From assembly GCF_009914755.1 (NCBI RefSeq), contig NC_060938.1: 64,000 nt of DNA. One strand, given 5' to 3'. Position numbers and translations under genes: made by a program. Shown here piece by piece: positions 58,700 to 64,000 of the stretch. The notes under the pieces were generated by a model. The model had not been told where the DNA came from and did no database searches. It saw nothing but the letters and a program-made list of their open reading frames with translations. The stretch is from the human T2T-CHM13v2.0 reference genome, Homo sapiens. Each line of letters starts with the position of its first letter. Positions within the stretch are counted from its first letter, which is position 1.

Positions 58700-59249
58700 T
58701 GAGAAAGAGAAAAGCAGTCCCTGACAACTAGGAACTGCGTGATAGGCCTTGGTGTTCTGTTGAACATAAACAATCTCACGGAACACCAACATCACGGCCA
58801 CTCTGTGACCGTGAGGAAGTGGGGTCAACGCCCACCCCAACAACATCTTGTCTAAATATAGACAAAAACAAAGTCAGTCTGCAAACCACAAAAAATGTGG
58901 AACATTCCCCTATTCTGGCTAATGTGAATGACTTCTGCTTCTTTACCAATTATAGCATTAGCCTCACTTCATTCCACCTGCTTTATAAGTAAAACTCATT
59001 AAGATACTAAATTATGGGATTGCCCCCACTTCCTGACAGCATTTTATCCAGAGCAAAGCCCACTTCCTCAAACCCTACCAAAAATCTCCCAATAAAAGCC
59101 CAAATCCTATAAGTCCCTTTTAACACCTTCTTACTCAGACATCCACAGTTCCCTATGGTGTGGTTTCTCCCTCCCTGAAATGAGCAAGAAACCCAACTTG
59201 TGCAACTGCCGGTGTGTTCCTGGTGGCCTTTGGCTGGAAGGCATTGACA
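58700..59249 (+). mobile_element. MER21-like solo LTR
   Basis: TG...CA ends; tgagaaagagaaaagcagtccctgac...ggctggaaggcattgaca. Confidence 0.65.
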
Positions 59250-59938
59250 CGTGGAACATTTAAAACAGTTTGCTGTAATAGTTTTTTTTTTTTAACTAGA
59301 TTTAGACAATGATACAAAGTACATTCTGGACACAGATCTGGGAACTTCTAGTATATAATTATAATGGCTGATAAAAAACAGACTTTAATTTTCAATTACA
59401 CATTATTGAAAGAATCACAAAAGACAAAAAGACAAGGCGAAAGGCATTTCCTGAATGCATTTTGTACTGCAATCTAAATTAGATAGTAGTACTTTGCTTC
59501 TAAAGCCAGAAAATAATATTAATATTTCTACTATATTAACCAGGGACTATCATCTGGAAATGTAAAAGCTACAGTCCCAGTGCATTTTCATTAAAACCTG
59601 AAGGTGGCAGTAAATTCCTACAAGACTTAGGTGCCTAGGTTAGAATTTGTATTTTTCCTCCTAATTATTCAAAATGGTATAGTGAGACTTCAGTTGTATT
59701 TAATCCTGTTGCATACTAATTAAGAGATGTTTAGGAAGAAGATAAAGCTCTACACAAGGATTATATTATTATTACTCTTTATTAGCTGAAAAAAATTCAC
59801 CATGTAAAGGGCTTAGGGACATTGCAACTGGTTATATGCTTTAGAGTTACTGTAGAAACAAAGTATGTAATTAAACAAAAGGGAACATGAGAGCTTGTAA
59901 TACAGATCAAAGTGCTCTGAAGGGATGTGGCAGTAAAT

Positions 59939-60266
59939 ATAATCATCCATCAGTATCCTCAGGGGATTGGTTCCAGGATCCCTGCAAATACCAAAATCTA
60001 CAGATGCTCAAGTCCCTTATATAATATGGTTATTTGCATATAACCTATGCACATCATCCTTTAATTCATCTCTAGATTACTTGTAATTCTCAATATGATG
60101 TTGTGTAAATACTTGTTATACTGTATTGTTTAGGAAATAATGACAAGAAAAAAAGGACTGTACATGTTCAGTACAGATGAAACTATTCTTTTTTTCTGAA
60201 TATTTTCCATCTGTGGTTGGTTGAACCTAGCTGATGTGAAACCTACAGATATGGAGGACTAACTGC
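59939..60266. mobile_element. MER2 (Tigger-derived MITE)
   Basis: ggggattggttccagga...ataccaaaatctacagatgctcaagtcccttatataa...ggttggttgaa...gatatggagg. Confidence 0.8.
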
Positions 60267-60708
60267 ATAGTTTATATTTATCTATTAAATAATAACCATG
60301 TTGTAGATTTTTGCCCCACATTTCTCCCAATTTTGTCCTCAAAATTCTTAAAATAGAATTTTGTATGGTTGTGTTTTTACCTAATTATCTACTATAATCA
60401 ATATAATCTCTGGAATATTATTAATCAGGGAAGGCTTAACTGATAATTTAATATAGACAATTTACAAATAGCAAGTTAATATTCATACTGGAAAATGAGT
60501 TACTTTGTTGATCTTTTATATAAAGATCTAGAACTAGATTGTTTCATAGTTTCTTTTCTTAGAGAGTAAACATTATCATTGGTCCACTGAATTATATCCA
60601 AAGTTATAGTAATGTTTTAATGACCTCAATATATAGGCATGAGATTATTAGAACTTTGAAAATTGGGAAGAATAGGATTTCTGTAATCTTTTTAGATAAA
60701 AGTTAAAT

Positions 60709-61477
60709 GGGAGCGAGAAGGAGACGGATGTTGAGAGAACGAGGAGGAAGGAGAGAAAATGGCGTCAACGGATTACAGTATCTATAGCCAAGCTGCAGTG
60801 CAGCAGGGCTACAGTGCTTACGCTGCCCAGCCTGCTCAAGGATATGCACAGACCACCCAGGCATATGGGCAACAAAGCTATGGAACCTATGGACAGCCCA
60901 CTGATGTCAGCTATACCCAGGCTCAGACCACTGCAACCTATGGGCTATGCAACTTCTTATGGACAGCCTCCCACTGGTTATGCTACTCCAACTGCCCCCC
61001 AGGCATACAGCCAGCCTGTCCAGGGGTGTGGCACTGGTGCTTATGATACCACCACTGCTACAGTCACCACCACCCAGGCCTCCAAGCTGCTCAGTCTGCA
61101 TATGGCACTCAGCCTGCTTACCCAGCCTATGGGCAGCAGCCAGCAGCCACTGCACCTACAAGACCATAGGATGGTAACAAGCCCATTGAGACTAGTCAAC
61201 CTCAATCTAGCACAGGGGTTACCAACCAGCCTGGCCTAAGATATGGACAGAGTAACTACAGTTATCCCCAGGTACCTGGGAGCTACCCCATGCAGCCAGT
61301 CACTGCACCTCCGTCCTACCCTCCTACCAGCTATGATCAGAGCAGTTACTCTCAGCAGAACACCTGTGGGAAACCGAGCAGTTATGGACAGCAGAGTAGC
61401 TATGGTCAACAAAGCAGCTATAGAAAGCACCCTCCCACTAGTTACCTACCCCAAACTGGATCCTGCAGCCAGGCTTC
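60709..61477 (+). pseudogene. EWSR1 processed pseudogene, 3'-truncated (5'UTR through most of exon 7)
   Basis: Intronless copy with ATG at 60759 (MASTDYSIYSQAAVQQGYSAY...) and SYGQ repeats. Relative to recalled EWSR1 it has an 8-bp deletion near 60944, a 1-bp deletion near 61085, an in-frame TAG near 61167 and a 24-bp deletion near 61334. Confidence 0.93.
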
Positions 61478-61871
61478 TACACTGGAGGAGACTTCTGCAT
61501 CAAGTTTTGAACGACTGATGAGTAAGTGCTCACCAGGTGAGGAGGAGCTCAGGGAACAGTTGGTATAAAGGCTTAGAGGTATGTGGGAGTTGGGATGAGT
61601 TTGGGGAGCAGCAAATTACCTGGGGTGCAGGGAGGAAATGGTGAGAGATGAGAGTAAAATAAAAGTTGCTAGAATTGTGAAGGGGCTGTCTTCGTTGTAG
61701 ATAGTGAACTAGGTGAATTTGGATTATTGTACATGTGTTGCTGAATATTCTTGGTGATAGTTTTCTCCCCTTGTTGATGTTGAAGCTGATAGTGATTGAA
61801 AAGATTTAGTTTGTTAAACTTAGTTAATAACTTTTTAAATTTAAAAAAAATTTTTTCAGAACAATTCGAAC

Positions 61872-62326
61872 TTTTTTTTTTTTTTTTTTAAAGGAACAGG
61901 ATCTCACTCTGTTGCCCAGGCTGGAGTGCAGTGGCATGATCATAGCTCGGTTGCAGCCTCTAACTCCTGGGCTTAAGCAAGTCTCCTGCCTTTGCCTCCT
62001 GAGTAGCTAGGACCACAGACAGGTGCCACCACACGTGGCTAATTAAAAAAAAAATAGTAGAGATGGAGTCTGGCTGTGTTGCCTAGGCTAGTCTCAAACT
62101 CCTGGGCTCAGGCGATCCTCCTGCCTCTACCTCTCCCTCCCAACGTGCTTGCTGGGATTACAGGGGTGAGCCACTGGCCAGGCAGACTTTTTTTTTTTTT
62201 TTAAATAATAGAAATGGGGTCACACTATGTTTGCCAGGCTGGTCTTGAACTCTTGGGCTCGAGTGATCCTCCAGCTTCAGCCTCTCAAAGTGCTGAAATT
62301 GTGGGTGTGATCCACTGCACCTGGCC
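61872..62326 (-). mobile_element. AluJ plus an adjacent Alu monomer
   Basis: Antisense Alu sequences with poly(T). Confidence 0.85.
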
Positions 62327-63034
62327 GCAGAACATTTTTGATAAGTGTTTTATATCACATGTTTTGCACTTATACAGTGGTGAATGAATTGAACTCATAT
62401 GTTCCTGGGGATTCTTGCAAAAAATTCTTTTAAAGTTATACTTGCTCACAAAATGTTAATTTTATAAATGTAGCACACTCTACTACTAATAACTTTTATT
62501 TTATTATTCTATTATTTTTTATTTTTTAAGTAAAACAGCTCAGTGACCAATGTCACTGGTGTGTCTATAGTGTTTGAACAACAATATAGAAGGTGGCACT
62601 TCTATGTACTTTTCCTATCATAAGAAAATTTCAATCTGAAATACACTGCACTGTAGTTGTATGCTTGTGTTTGTGTGTATGAGTATGAGTATGTGTGTCT
62701 ATAGATGTGTTGTATTATTTTAGACATTTTAAAACATACAAAAAATTAGAGGGAATAGAATAGTGAACGCTGTGTGGCCATCATGCTCATTCAACAATTA
62801 CCAACACTTCACTATGCATGTTTCATCCATCAGCTCTCCACTTGCTTATATTAGGAATATTTTAACATAGCAATAGTATCAGAAAGCTGACAATATCACA
62901 AAACTAACAAAAATTTTTTAAAATATTCACTCCATATCAAAAATATCCTAATTTACTTAGCTATATAAAATACTGTTTGGTAAAGTAAGGACTCAAAAGA
63001 GATTTATACCTTGAATTAAAGTTTCTTTAATTAA

Positions 63035-63320
<286 letters not shown>

Positions 63321-63609
63321 TAACAATTATTCTCAATAATTTAAATGACCAGTCCATTTCATTTTCAATTAGTGTATAAATTTGTTTTGTTTGTAATACT
63401 TAAAATCATTTAGCAAAAGCTGTCTTTTAACAGTAGATTCTGTGTAACTTAGAGCTATTCTAACTTATGGGGTGCCATTTCCATGTTGTCAGTTGGAGAG
63501 CATAATAGTAAATATTAGCATAACTCCCTTTGTATCAGTTTAAAACTTAGTAGGTACCAATGAAGTCTGCATGATTTTGTAATTACAGACTAGTGGCGGT
63601 GAACACTGG

Positions 63610-63628
63610 CTGCCAGCAGAGGGCACTT
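63610..63628 (+). promoter_or_regulatory. Candidate CTCF site
   Basis: cTGCCAGCAGAGGGCACt matches the CTCF core CCASYAGRKGGCRS. Confidence 0.6.
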
Positions 63629-64000
63629 TGAGGTTTTTATATGTTAGAATTTCACGCCAATGGTGGCCCAAGATTCTAGACTATTTGTCTCCAAACTGTT
63701 TTCCTAAAAGACATTTCTAACATTTATCAATTCCCCGTGATTTCCTGTCTCAATTTACAAACTCCTGTGCTCTCTGGGAAGGGATAAGGCCATCTAAAAA
63801 CAAACAAACAAACAAATAAACAAAAACAAAAAACCCAGCCGCAGTTCCCAGCTGTCACCATGAAAAGGTGTGAGAGATGGTCCTGTGTGTTGAAATCAGA
63901 GAGGCTGCTAACTCCCTGGATTTCTTCTCCCAGCCGCATTCAACTCCAAGGCCACTGTTAGCAGTTTTGCCCTAGAGATCTGAAAGGAACCCAGGAATAA

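Noticed and set aside
60759-61046. 95-aa EWSR1-like ORF as a functional retrogene
   Set aside because: It frameshifts after about 62 codons and has further disabling lesions; nothing in the sequence indicates selection
61659-61667. ataaaagtt as the second TSD of the EWSR1 retrocopy
   Set aside because: It is only 9 AT-rich bases with no preceding poly(A) tail, so it is probably chance

Overview
Hominoid (most likely human, 14q13 region) genomic DNA. It contains the complete 10-exon BRMS1L gene on the + strand: the CDS spans 6252-50212, splices to 972 nt and encodes a 323-aa Sin3/HDAC complex subunit of the SDS3 family. The gene has a CpG-island promoter with ZNF143/THAP11 and CCAAT motifs, and intron 6 is a U12-type AT-AC minor intron. 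The flanks hold the 3' end of a NUTF2 processed pseudogene (1-383), a full-length SVA head-to-head with the promoter (3683-5377), and a 3'-truncated EWSR1 retrocopy (about 60709-61477). Intron 4 carries a full-length antisense L1PA7/8-type LINE, a MER85 piggyBac MITE and many Alus. Nearly all ORFs in the supplied track are repeat-derived artefacts. I see no wholly new gene system. The best leads are: (1) an in-frame major-spliceosome AG just upstream of the U12 acceptor that could bypass the minor intron and delete the NLS-like exon; (2) a diverged copy of a 3'UTR segment carrying a miR-17-family site, followed by a second AATAAA; (3) the promoter-facing SVA; (4) a TSD-less L1 patch inside an Alu; (5) an EWSR1 retrocopy that keeps only the low-complexity domain. 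Gene and repeat identities come from recalled sequences, not from database searches, and repeat boundaries are approximate.
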